A stretch of 64,000 nt of DNA from an uncultured delta proteobacterium (GCA_963814035.1 CAWFBH010000005.1:86019-150018); one strand, 5' to 3'; positions 19,156-28,576 are shown, counted from the first letter of the stretch. Made by a program: numbers and translations. The notes: generated by a model from the sequence alone, not told the origin.

Positions 19156-20905
19156 TTGATTTCCTATTCTCTCTTCCCGCTGGGGGTTCTGCTCGTCGTT
19201 TTACCCGGCATCTGCTGGTGGACAGCCTTGTTCCCTGACGATTTCGCTGCGGAAAAAGTGGCGTGGGGGAGCGTGCTCGGTTTCGGCGCCGCAGTGTACG
19301 TCGCCTATGTCTGTGCGTTTGCCTATTTGAGCTGGTTCTATCTGGTGTGGGCCGCGATCCTGATTGTCAGCGCCCGCAGCTTCATGCAGCGGTGGGCGCG
19401 ACTAAGGCTTCAATGGCGCGAGGTCGTGGGGCGAGCGGTAACCCTCACGAACCTTGCGATGGTTCTGGTGCTGCTGCTGGTCGTCGGGTTACAGACCGAC
19501 AGCCTGAGGAGCCAGATAGTTCCGCCGGGATGGGACTCCTCATTCCATCTTCTGCTCGCGAAAAAGATCGCGTTGAGCGGGCGCCTCATCCGCGACTGGC
19601 AGCCGTTCCAGAACGCGACGCTCAACTATCCAACCGGAAGTCATCTGCTGATCGCACTGTTCGCGCGATTCTCCGGGGTGTCCCTGCCGCGCACCTTCCA
19701 ATTGCTGATGGTGACCTTCAGCTTGCTTAGCACGCTCGCGATATATGCGCTCGCGGCGGAATATTTTGCCGCACAAATAGCCGGCTTGTACGCAGCAATC
19801 GCCTACAGCTTTTGGGCCTTTATCGGCAGCACCGACTACCTTCGCTGGGGCGGATTGCCCAATCAGCTCGGTATGCTGCTGGGGCTGGGAATATTTGGTC
19901 TGCTGATTCGCCAGGGCGAGCAGCGGAAGCGCGCGGCGCTGATGGCCGTGCTGTTCGCCTCGGTCTGTCTGACTCACCATCATGTCATGCTCACTACCGG
20001 TCTCATTTTGATCGCGCTGACAGGATTCTTCTGGGCCGCCCAGGATCCCGAAAAACGTTATCGAACTACCTTCGCCGCGCTCGCCGGAGGATCTCTAGCG
20101 GCGTCATTTTACCTGATTCCTTACGCCTTGAAGGCAAGCTCGCTAGCCAAAACCGAAGTCTTTCGCGTCTCCGACAGTTGGCCCGTCCTCGGTCCGCTGC
20201 TGGTTGGTTTTGCGCTTTTCGGAGCGACGCTCGATTACTTTCGCAAACCAGTCAGGCCGCATGTATTCCACTTTATTTCGATAACGCTGCTACTGCTGTA
20301 TGCCCTCTTCGGGTGGGTGTATTACTTTTACGAATTCGAGACGCGGGGGGTCGGCTTCGCCGCGTTCACTCCCTCGCGCTTTATCACCGATCTGGTCTAT
20401 TTCCTCAGCCTCTTTGCCGGATACGCCTTTTACCGCATCCAGCAGTATCTCGGCTGGAGGACGCCGATTATGGTCGCAATCGCTTTGTCGCTCGGGTACG
20501 TGAACTATCCGCTATGGGAACAGGTGTTCCTGCCTACCGAAGATCCCGGACGCTTCGCGGCATACGACTGGATCGAAAAAAATACGCCCGCCAACAGCAT
20601 CGTGTTGACTGGCGAATCATGGGCTTGTTACGGCACCTGGCGCCGGACGCTGGGCACCCCGATGCCGGTGTTCGGAGCCGCGCGTGCCGCCGCGCTTCAG
20701 CGTAAAGGTGAATCCGGAGTCGATGACGGACCTTGCGCGCGAGGAACTTCGCGGCACGCAATTGCTGGAGGTGTTCGGGCCTGGTGAGCATTACCCTCAA
20801 CATTATAAAGGGAGACTGCTGTGGACCAATTCGGATGGGCTGGGGAGTGACCGAAGTCTATTCGGGCCGGCCCTAATCCGCGGATTATTTGGCGGAGTTG
20901 AGTAG
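19156..20905 (+). pseudogene. large polytopic membrane protein (possibly ArnT/PMT-like glycosyltransferase fold) with soluble C-terminal domain; one frame break near 20670
   Basis: ORF 19156..20787 has more than 12 TM helices. Its tail turns Arg/Ala-rich nonsense, while ORF 20684..20905 (+1 frame) continues as protein-like VPPRFSVKVNPESMTDLAREEL. The family assignment is tentative. Confidence 0.5.
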
Positions 20906-20924
20906 CGCTTCAAGCTTGGAGGTA

Positions 20925-21362
20925 TCACCGCGGGTGCTGCGCGGTTTCGCCGGCGCGGTTGTAGATCACTTCGCCCTTGCGATCGATCACGGTGATGGTC
21001 GGGATGTAGCCGCGGTAGTATTTTGCGATCAGCGGCTGTTGCGAAGCCGAGGGATGGTTGACGTCGACGATTACGAAATCGATCTTGTCGCGATACTTCG
21101 GATAGAGCGCCACCAGCCGTTCCGCCTCGCGATTGGTATTCCAGCAATGCGCGGTGCCGAAAAACATGATGGTCGCACGGTCGCCCGCGACGGTGGCATC
21201 GCCGATGGAGTTGCCGGCAATCGGGAAATTTGAGCTGGAATCATCGGTGAATGAGAGGTCCGGCGCGAGCTTCAGATCACTCGCCGCCCGCGCTGAATGA
21301 AGCACCAAGGGGCATATGGTGAACGCGACAAGCAAAATGGCGATCTTATTTCGCATAAGCAT
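20925..21362 (-). CDS. secreted thioredoxin-fold protein (atypical CWNT in place of CxxC)
   Basis: Signal peptide MRNKIAILLVAFTICPLVLHSARA, TlpA/thioredoxin-like layout (IMFFGTAHCWNT...IPTITVIDRKGEV). Start uncertain (21362 or 21356). The C-terminus may continue to 20885 if a +1 base near 20926 is an error. Confidence 0.5.
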   Translation of the reverse strand: MLMRNKIAILLVAFTICPLVLHSARAASDLKLAPDLSFTDDSSSNFPIAGNSIGDATVAGDRATIMFFGTAHCWNTNREAERLVALYPKYRDKIDFVIVDVNHPSASQQPLIAKYYRGYIPTITVIDRKGEVIYNRAGETAQHPR

Positions 21363-21385
21363 AAGTGCTTTCTTGATTCTTGTTT

Positions 21386-21433
21386 CACAGACTTTGGTCT
21401 GTGGTTTTTCGAGGACACAGGCCAAAGCCTGTG
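21386..21433. promoter_or_regulatory. two 18-bp palindromes (CACAGAC-TTTG-GTCTGTG and CACAGGC-CAAA-GCCTGTG), operator-like
   Basis: Perfect 7+4+7 inverted repeats at 21386..21403 and 21416..21433, centres 30 bp apart, in the 88-bp divergent spacer between the thioredoxin-fold gene and the peroxiredoxin-like gene. Confidence 0.45.
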
Positions 21434-21450
21434 CTATCAATCAAAATATT

Positions 21451-22512
21451 ATGTCTCAGCCTGAATCCAGCAAAGCCAACATTTTTCACGATGTGGTGCG
21501 CAAGATGTTCGGGGGCGAGAAGGTATCGCCCGCGGAATTCCAGGAGTTCGTGAAGGCCCAGAACGATGGCGCCACCAGCGGCCTCAACGTAGGCGAGAAG
21601 ATCCCCGACTTCACGCTGCCTGACCAAAACGGCAAGCAAAAAAGCTTTCGCGACCTCGCCGGCGCCGATGGTTTGCTGCTGGTCTTCACCCGCAGCGCCG
21701 ATTGGTGACCCTATTGCCGCAGCCAGCTCGTGGAGCTGGAACAATCGCGCCAGGGTTTCGAGGCTCATGGGGTGAAGGTCGCTGCCGTGAGTTACGATTC
21801 GCAGGAGATCCTGCATCGCTTTGCCGACGCGCAGCACCTCGGCTATCCGTGCCTCTCCGATAAGGGCAGCGCCGTCATCAAGGCCTTCGGCATCCTCAAC
21901 ACCAACGTTCCCGCCAATCATCCGTTTTATGGGATTCCATTTCCGACCAACTACCTGGTCGGTCCCGATGGTGTCATTCGCGCGAAGTATTTTCTGCCCG
22001 ACTACCAGACTCGGGTCGCATCGTCGGAAATTTTGCTTGATCAGTTCGGCGCGACCGGAGCGAAATCGGTTTCGATCACCGAGGATGATTTGCGCGTAGT
22101 GATTGCACCGACCGCCGATCACACCGTGCCGGGCCGCGAATTGGGCATCGCCGTGGATTTTTCCCTCGCGCCCGGATGGCATGTCTATGGCCAGCCGCTG
22201 CCATCGAATTACACGCCAACCGCGATCGAATTCGAAGGCGATCTCGTTGCGAGCCAGGCGTTCGAATTTCCCACTCCCGAAAAAGTAGAGTTCGCGAATC
22301 TCGGCGAAACGCTGCCGGTTTACCATGGCGACTTTCGCGCCAAGGGTAAAATTCTGGTGCGCTCGGGGCTCAAACCGGGCGACTATCAGTTGAAGGGCAA
22401 GCTGAAGTTCCAGGAGTGCAGCACCGAGATTTGCAAGATTCCACAGTCCGTCGCATTCGAGATTCCATTGAAGATCGAGGCGATGGCGCCGCCCGCGCCG
22501 AAGCCGAAATGA
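21451..22512 (+). CDS. peroxiredoxin-like (AhpC/TSA-redoxin) protein fused to a DsbD-N-terminal-like domain; in-frame TGA at 21706..21708 read as candidate selenocysteine (W-U-P-Y-C)
   Basis: ORFs 21316..21708 and 21730..22512 share one frame. Read-through gives IPDFTLPDQNGK...LLLVFTRSADW-[TGA]-PYCRSQLVELEQ...VAAVSYDS, the redoxin WCPxC context. The C-terminal part (APGWHVYGQPLP...KFQECSTEICKIP) resembles the DsbD alpha domain. Confidence 0.7.
21713..21745 (+). promoter_or_regulatory. candidate bacterial SECIS hairpin
   Basis: The perfect 7-bp stem CCAGCTC-GTG-GAGCTGG (21723..21739) starts 14 nt after the TGA. Possible lower stem ATTG/CAAT (21713-16 / 21742-45). G and U in the apical loop. 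Confidence 0.5.
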
Positions 22513-22516
22513 TAGG

Positions 22517-23464
22517 CTAGGGCTCGAGGCCGCGAATTTTCCGCCACTGCGTGACCGTCCATCCGGGCGGGAGCGGGTAGGGTTCTTGTGGCATTCCGGG
22601 GACGCGAAATGGCACGCCCAAGGCCGCATCGGCTTTGATCGCGCGCCATTCGTTTTTCATGAAATCCGGCTCGGTTTGGATGCGCCGGATATACTCCGCC
22701 TGCTCATGACTGGGTTTCTCGCGATATGAGTTCGGTCGCAGCGCGGAGTTGAATTTGAACACGGTCAAGGCATTGATCGCCTTGAACCGCTTGCCGGCGC
22801 GAAATGCACGCCGCACGAACTCGATATCCGGCGGAAGTTCGATTTCCCGATAGTCGCGCCATCCGCCGATTTCGGCGCCCATCTCGCGCAGATGCATGAT
22901 TGAGGACGGCAGGATGCCTCGGCCATCGCGATACCGCGAGATAACCGTCAGTACGCGAATGTGACTTCCCGGCGGTCCCAGCATCACGCTGCGGGTGTAG
23001 GCGAGGTCCACGCTGCCGCGGCGCATCGTCTTCAGCAGCGTCGCAAGATGAGTCGGATACCAAACATCGTCGTGGCCGAGATATGCGACGTAGCGCCCGC
23101 GCGCCATCGCGAGCCCGGCATTGTTGGGCGCCGATTGATTGCCGGAGTTGCTCGGCAAGTTATGCCATCGGATGCGCGGGTCCCCGAACGATTGCACGAC
23201 CTCGGCGGAATCATCGGTGCATCCGTCGCCGATGACCAGCAGCTCGAAGTCCGGCATCGTTTGCCATAGCGCGGTCTGGATCGCCAGGCGCAAAACGCTG
23301 CTCCAGTTGTAGGTCGGGATGATGATGCTGACCAACGGCTCCGAGCCGCGCGGCTCTTCGCTGCGGTTTCTGCCGAAGAGCCGCCTCAGCCATCCGCCGC
23401 CAGGCCGTTCGTTCACGTTCACCATGTGTACGAAATCAGTGACTTCGCCGCCTCGCCGTCCCAT
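22517..23464 (-). CDS. glycosyltransferase family 2
   Basis: VSIIIPTYNWSSVLRLAIQTALWQTMPDFELLVIGDGCTDDS and a DxD-like region. Start ambiguous (23464 or ATG at 23425). Confidence 0.8.
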   Translation of the reverse strand: MGRRGGEVTDFVHMVNVNERPGGGWLRRLFGRNRSEEPRGSEPLVSIIIPTYNWSSVLRLAIQTALWQTMPDFELLVIGDGCTDDSAEVVQSFGDPRIRWHNLPSNSGNQSAPNNAGLAMARGRYVAYLGHDDVWYPTHLATLLKTMRRGSVDLAYTRSVMLGPPGSHIRVLTVISRYRDGRGILPSSIMHLREMGAEIGGWRDYREIELPPDIEFVRRAFRAGKRFKAINALTVFKFNSALRPNSYREKPSHEQAEYIRRIQTEPDFMKNEWRAIKADAALGVPFRVPGMPQEPYPLPPGWTVTQWRKIRGLEP

Positions 23465-23967
23465 GGCAGATCGAGTGAATCAGGCTTCTCATAGTTGTAG
23501 ATGTTGGTCGGCATGTTGATCACGATCGATTCGGTGACCCCGATGTTCTTCCACCCGTGGTAGATGTTGGGTGGAATCAGAACGAGGCCGGGACTGCGAT
23601 CGCTGAGCATGACCTCGTTGATGCGGCCGTAGGTGGGCGAGCCCTCGCGTCCATCGAAGCATACGATGCGCACCAGTCCGCTGGCGACAAACAGGCGGTC
23701 CGAGGTCCGCGTGTGCAGTCCCCACGCGCGCACGCGGCCCGGCAGCGTGGTCGTCATGTGAACCTGCGTGATGGGCAGATCGATGACATCCCAATCAGCG
23801 CGTGCGATTTCGATCAGATGGCCATCCTCGTGCGGGACCGGCTTGGTCATGCGGATGCGCACGCCCTCAATGGGTTCGGCGCGCAATTCACCTCGCGCGT
23901 TGACGGCCGATTGTTTGGCGATGAGCAACTCGCGCCCAATCGGCTCGTGATGCTTCTTCTTCTCCAA
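23419..23967 (-). CDS. dTDP-4-dehydrorhamnose 3,5-epimerase (RmlC)-like cupin protein
   Basis: 182 aa. WGLHTR...LFVASGLVRIVCFDGREGSPTYG...LIPPNIYHGWKN...YNYEKPD follows the RmlC family pattern. Confidence 0.7.
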   Translation of the reverse strand: MEKKKHHEPIGRELLIAKQSAVNARGELRAEPIEGVRIRMTKPVPHEDGHLIEIARADWDVIDLPITQVHMTTTLPGRVRAWGLHTRTSDRLFVASGLVRIVCFDGREGSPTYGRINEVMLSDRSPGLVLIPPNIYHGWKNIGVTESIVINMPTNIYNYEKPDSLDLPWDGEAAKSLISYTW

Positions 23968-24049
23968 TGAGTGCTTGCCTCTCGAAGGCGGATGTTACAA
24001 CGTGCCGCTGCGGCGATGACAGCGCAACCGTACTCGAACTCCGGGTCCA

Positions 24050-24541
24050 ATGACGAAGCCAGAACGCAAATCCTATCCGAAACCCGCTTTGCTCGACTCC
24101 GCAATCATTCGTCGGGCTCGCTTCGCGGATTCCGCGATGCTGATGAAGCAGATTCGCGAATACTATCGCTACGACGGTCTCCGCTTCGATGCGAAAAGGA
24201 TTGCTCCTGCATTACGCAAGTTGCTGCGCGATGAATCGTTGGGATGTGTCTGGATGATTCATCAGAGTTCCGAGGTCGCCGGCTACGTCATTTTGAGTTT
24301 CAACTATGACCTCGAGTTCGGCGGCATGCAGGGCATCATCACCGATCTTTTCATTCGCGAGAAATACCGCGGCGGCGGCCTCGGCAAGCGCGCGCTCGAA
24401 TGCGTGGGAGATTATTGCCGCCGTGTCGGAATCACCGCGATTGAGCTTCAGGTCGAGCATGACAACAAAGCCGCGCAGGCCTTCTATCGAAAGCTCGGAT
24501 TCAAACGATTGACCCGCCTGGTGATGGGCAAGGATTTGTGA
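24050..24541 (+). CDS. GNAT family N-acetyltransferase
   Basis: 163 aa. Acetyl-CoA motif A region IREKYRGGGLGKRALE and C-terminal AQAFYRKLGF. Confidence 0.85.
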   Translation: MTKPERKSYPKPALLDSAIIRRARFADSAMLMKQIREYYRYDGLRFDAKRIAPALRKLLRDESLGCVWMIHQSSEVAGYVILSFNYDLEFGGMQGIITDLFIREKYRGGGLGKRALECVGDYCRRVGITAIELQVEHDNKAAQAFYRKLGFKRLTRLVMGKDL

Positions 24542-24544
24542 GTG

Positions 24545-25817
24545 CTAGTCGGGTAACTCATCGTCGGGCCGCAGCGCGCGAAACTGAAGCAGCAGCAACA
24601 GGTCGTATGCGATCTTGAGTACGCCGCAGCAGATGAGCGGCCATCCGAATGAGGTGACATCGAGCAGCATGCCGGCCGGAACGGGTGCCGCCGCGCTTGC
24701 GAGGCTCCGCGGCACATTGGTCACGCTCGCCGCCGCTGTGCGCTCCTCGGGCGGCACCACCGCCATCACATAGGACTGGCGGGCGGGCACGTCCATCGAC
24801 GAGAGCGCCGAGCGCAGCAACAGGAAGAGGATCGCGAGCGATGCCGTCGGCATCAGCGCGGCGAGGATAAGAAACACGCTCGCCGGGATGTGCGTATAAA
24901 CCATCGTGTTGATGCGCCCGATGCGAGCCGCCAGCCGCGCCGACACGAATTGCGAGAACGAGCCGAGCAAGCCCGCGACGAAAAAGAAGGTCCCTGCCGC
25001 CTGCACCGACAGGTTGAAGCGGCGGAACATCCATAGCGCGAGGAGCGACTGAATCGCGAAACCGCCCGCGAATGCGTCGATGCTGAACAGCGCCGACAGC
25101 CGCATCACGGTCGCGCGCGATTTCGCCAGCGGCGCGACTTTTACTGGAGTTGGCGGGGCTTCGACCGCGCGCGACAAGGGACCAATAGATTGATGCGGCG
25201 ATGAGTCCGAGGATCGCGTATACCGCGAAGCCGGAGCGCTGTGCCGCGAGCAGGTTCCATCCGAAGCGCGGCGCAAGGATCGAGGGCAGTCCGCTGGCGA
25301 GCGCGCCGAATGCGCCTCCCAACGCGCCCGCGACATTGTAGATCGCAAACATGCTGGTGAGCCCGGTCGTCGCAGTGGTCTGCGCGATCGCGGTCTGCTC
25401 CAGCGGCAGAAAAAGACTGACGTTGCCGGCGGAGGGATTCATCGTGCCCACGAATGCAACGATGGCGAGTGCCCAGAAGCTTCGCACGTAAATGAAACCG
25501 AGCCCGGTGGCGACCATCAGCACTGATGCGCCGAGCAGCATCCTGCCGGTGCCGATACGTCTGGTCGCGAATCCCGCCCATAGCGTCACCAGCGCCGAGC
25601 CGAACAACGTCGCGAACACGATCACGCCGATTTTCGCGGGGCTGAGGCCGACCGCGCTCAGATAGCTCGGCAACAGGACGCTGACGATACCGTCGCCGAT
25701 ACCCCGCAACGCGCGGGTGACGATGAGCCTGCGGCTGTCGGCGGTCGCGGTGGCGGGGAACAGGGATGGCATCGCGATTCGATTGAATGCGAGTTCTTCA
25801 AGGAGCGCCAGAGCCAT
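24545..25817 (-). pseudogene. MFS transporter; one frame break near 25178
   Basis: N-terminal 6-TM half in ORF 24558..25817 and C-terminal 6-TM half in ORF 24545..25348. The junction (IYWSL | SRAVEAPPTP) is phase-consistent with a +1 base. Confidence 0.8.
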
Positions 25818-26228
25818 CGCGATTCGAGCGGTAAGTCAGGCGGCCTTGCTATTTCCGGTCAAGGAGAAAATCCTCAAGGGGAGAGCAATCGGGTTGTCAT
25901 CAGGATTCATCAAGATGATACGTCGGGAGGCGCAGAGGAAATGACAAAACAAAGCCATTTAAGCCTTATGCTTCAACGGTTTCCTCGAAGCATGTCCTCC
26001 TCGTAAGGATAGCGCGCAGTTGCGCGGATGCGGATTTCAGTTCGGGACTCACAGGTGGAAGCGAGGATTGAACGCGAAAGCCAGCATTCGCTAAATTACC
26101 AAACGAAGCCAAATAACCTAGTATTCACAAGGATTCCTCATTTTCGAGAAGCCAAAAAAAGCCAAAAAAGAGTGCTTTTCGATGATTTTCGACGAGATCC
26201 GACACATTCGCCGTTGGGACACGAGTTT

Positions 26229-26250
26229 GTCGCGTCATGTCGCGCGACAG
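26229..26250. promoter_or_regulatory. GTCGCGTCATGTCGCGCGACAG block containing the 12-bp palindrome TGTCGCGCGACA, upstream of the activator gene
   Basis: Near-identical block (GTCGCGTTCGTCGCGCGACAG) recurs at 28460..28480 in front of a sigma-54 promoter. Confidence 0.4.
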
Positions 26251-26483
26251 CGAGTTGACCGGGTGATAATGGCTCCCGGGCGACGGTCGTCTTTTTGACA
26301 AAACTTCAAGGATTTTCGATGGTTTTTAGAGCGCAGTCAGCACTGGAAAACATTAGAAATCGAGTTACTATGGGTCTTCGCGACATCGATGCGACAAAAT
26401 CGCGAAGATTTAATCTTGCCGCATCCGCGCCGCTTTTCTAAATTGGTTGATGCTCCATCTCCATTGTCAAATTTGAGGCTTCC

Positions 26484-28448
26484 TTGTCGGAACTAATCCA
26501 AGTCGAAACCTCGCGCATCGCCAGCGTATGGGAACGATTCGTCGCCGGTGACGAGGTTGACCTTAGTTGCCTGAGGCCTGAAATCGCCGAGTCCTGGCGC
26601 CGATGCCGCGATGAGTTCCACGTTGCCCTCGATACCACCCGCGTGCCCAGTCGCGCCGAGGAGATCTCGACCCTGGATGCTGACCTGAAAGAGGCGAGCA
26701 TCCAGGTTATCGATTTGCTCCAGGCGGCGATTCGCGGAATCAGCGCGCTAATCGGCATCAGCAATCGCGACGGCGAACTTCTCCATGTGCTACCCAGCGA
26801 TGCTCAGGTTCATACGATGGCCGAGCGGATCAATGCGGTTCCAGGCGGCATCTGGAAGGAGGCGACCGGCGGCACCAACAACATCGGTACCAGCCTGGCT
26901 CACGGCCAGCCGATCCAAATCCGCCTCGATGAGCACTATCTTCCGCTTATCAAGGAATGGAACACTTGCGCGGCGCCGATTCTCCATCCGATTAATGGAT
27001 TGTTGACCGGCTCCTTTGGGATCTCCGGCCTTAGCGAAGTGGGCCATCCGAAGATGCTGGAATTCGCGGTGCGTGGCGCCGAGTTGGTCAGCAAGCTGCT
27101 CGGCTCGGTCCAGGCCATCGATCGTCTAACGCTGGTGCGCAGTTTCGATGACTTCTCGCGCCGCTACCAGGATGCGGCTCTGCTCGCGGTCGATGCCTAC
27201 GGCTTCATTATGCAGACCACGCCGCAAAGTTCTGAGGCGGTCGCGGCCGCAGGCGAGGACGGCGCGGCGCGCGGAAGTCGTATCTCGGAACTCATCGGCA
27301 CCGAGGCGATCAAGCGGCTGCAAGGGCAGGATCGCGCATGCGAGCTGAACCTGCCGTTGCCGAGCGGCGCCAAGGCGCTGGCGAACCCGGTCCATCGTGG
27401 AAATCGTTTGGTCGGCGCGATCGTGGTTTTCACGCCATCCAAGCGGCCACCGATCCAGCGCACGCCGAAACCCGAGAAAACCTGGAGCAGCCATTTCACC
27501 TTTGCCGATATCGTCGGCGACAGTCCCGCGTTGGCGAATTCAGTACGCCTCGCGACCCGCGCCGCGCGCACCGAGCATCCAGTGCTGGTGCTGGGCGAAT
27601 CGGGAACAGGCAAGGAAATGTTCGCGCATGCGATTCATGACCTGAGCGTGCGCCGCGCCGGCCCCTTCGTTGCCTTCAACTTCGGCGCGATGTCCGAAGA
27701 GCTGACGATTTCCGAAATGTGCGGCCATGAACCGGGCGCATTCACCGGCGCGACGGCGAGCGGGACCAAGAGCGGCATCTTCGATAGCGCGCAGGGCGGC
27801 ACGCTCTTCATCGATGAGTTGCAGGACGCCGGTCCGAAAGCGCAGAGCCTGCTGCTGCGCTTTGTCGAGACGCATACGTTCGTGCGCGTCGGTGGCACCG
27901 CGCCGGTTCAGAGCGATGTGCGCGTCATCGCGGCCTCGAACAATGCCGACGTGCGCCTGGCCGAGCGGGTCCGACCCGACCTCCTATATCGCCTCAATTC
28001 GATCACGGTACGCATCCCGCCGCTGCGCGAACGCCTGGAAGATATCCAGCCTATCGCCGAGCGCCATCTCCGCACGCTCGGGTTCCGCGGGATGGTCGAT
28101 CCGGAAGTATGGGAGAAGTTGAAGCGCTATAACTGGCCCGGTAACGTCCGCGAGCTTCAGAATGCCCTGCTGCGCGCGACACTGAACTCCTCGGGGATGC
28201 GGCTCACGGTCGACGATTTTCCCCCGATGGCGAATAACGAAAACAAACCCACCGAGCGCGCAGTCCCGAGCACGGTAAAGGAGATCGCCAAGGACCTAAT
28301 CCTTAGCGACAATGCCGAAAGCTCCGAGGAAGTGGTGCGAATCCTGCGCGAATGTCGTGGGAACGTGGGAAAAGCCGCGAAAATGCTGGGGATTCATCGC
28401 TCGACGCTATATCGGCGGCTGGAAAAACTCGGCATCCAAGTCGAGTAG
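26484..28448 (+). CDS. sigma-54-dependent transcriptional activator (bEBP) with N-terminal GAF-type sensory region (AcoR-like architecture)
   Basis: 654 aa. AAA+ core with GESGTGKE, GAFTGA (EPGAFTGA), GGTLFIDEL, and C-terminal Fis-type HTH AAKMLGIHRSTLYRRLEKLGI. TTG start with GAGG RBS. Confidence 0.9.
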   Translation: MSELIQVETSRIASVWERFVAGDEVDLSCLRPEIAESWRRCRDEFHVALDTTRVPSRAEEISTLDADLKEASIQVIDLLQAAIRGISALIGISNRDGELLHVLPSDAQVHTMAERINAVPGGIWKEATGGTNNIGTSLAHGQPIQIRLDEHYLPLIKEWNTCAAPILHPINGLLTGSFGISGLSEVGHPKMLEFAVRGAELVSKLLGSVQAIDRLTLVRSFDDFSRRYQDAALLAVDAYGFIMQTTPQSSEAVAAAGEDGAARGSRISELIGTEAIKRLQGQDRACELNLPLPSGAKALANPVHRGNRLVGAIVVFTPSKRPPIQRTPKPEKTWSSHFTFADIVGDSPALANSVRLATRAARTEHPVLVLGESGTGKEMFAHAIHDLSVRRAGPFVAFNFGAMSEELTISEMCGHEPGAFTGATASGTKSGIFDSAQGGTLFIDELQDAGPKAQSLLLRFVETHTFVRVGGTAPVQSDVRVIAASNNADVRLAERVRPDLLYRLNSITVRIPPLRERLEDIQPIAERHLRTLGFRGMVDPEVWEKLKRYNWPGNVRELQNALLRATLNSSGMRLTVDDFPPMANNENKPTERAVPSTVKEIAKDLILSDNAESSEEVVRILRECRGNVGKAAKMLGIHRSTLYRRLEKLGIQVE

Positions 28449-28466
28449 TCGCGCTAGTCGTCGCGT

Positions 28467-28491
28467 TCGTCGCGCGACAGTCGCGCGACGA
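28467..28491. promoter_or_regulatory. 25-bp perfect palindrome (two tandem GTCGCGCGAC units); candidate enhancer/UAS for the adjacent activator
   Basis: TCGTCGCGCGAC-A-GTCGCGCGACGA. Centre is about 83 bp upstream of the GG of the -24 element at 28562. Extra GTCGCG half-sites flank it. Confidence 0.5.
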
Positions 28492-28560
28492 CGACAAACG
28501 TCGCGCATCCGTTAGCATCAATAAACATCATAAGACATAGCTCTGTTGGCGCCGGGCCTG

Positions 28561-28576
28561 TGGCATCAGGGTTGCT
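28561..28576 (+). promoter_or_regulatory. sigma-54 (-24/-12) promoter
   Basis: TGGCAT-CAGGG-TTGCT matches TGGCAC-N5-TTGCW with correct GG/GC spacing. About 85-90 nt upstream of the 28662 start. Confidence 0.7.

Noticed and set aside
20925-20927. The TGA ending the thioredoxin-fold gene as a second selenocysteine codon.
   Set aside because: It is not at a redox-motif position. In-frame read-through gives only YLQA then a stop, and I saw no hairpin. An ordinary stop or an indel artefact is more likely.
21385-22629. 414-aa ORF on the minus strand covering the whole peroxiredoxin-like gene.
   Set aside because: It is antisense to a gene with clear family motifs. The translation is Arg/Gly/Ala-rich with no recognisable domain, a typical shadow ORF of GC-rich DNA.
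26028-26258. 76-aa ORF in the long AT-richer intergenic region upstream of the sigma-54 activator.
   Set aside because: It has no RBS and atypical composition, and it overlaps the regulatory palindrome. I treat the region as non-coding or regulatory.
26320-26334. TGGTTT-N5-GCGC as a sigma-54 promoter for the activator gene itself. TTGACA at 26295..26300 was also considered as a sigma-70 -35 box.
   Set aside because: The -12 box lacks the TT and the -24 box lacks CA, so the match is weak. The TTGACA has no acceptable -10 hexamer 16-18 nt downstream.
28451-28506. Clustered GTCGCG(CGAC) repeats as a possible mini-CRISPR or tandem repeat array.
   Set aside because: The units are 10 bp, palindromic and abutting, with no spacers and no cas genes. 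They fit an enhancer-binding site better.
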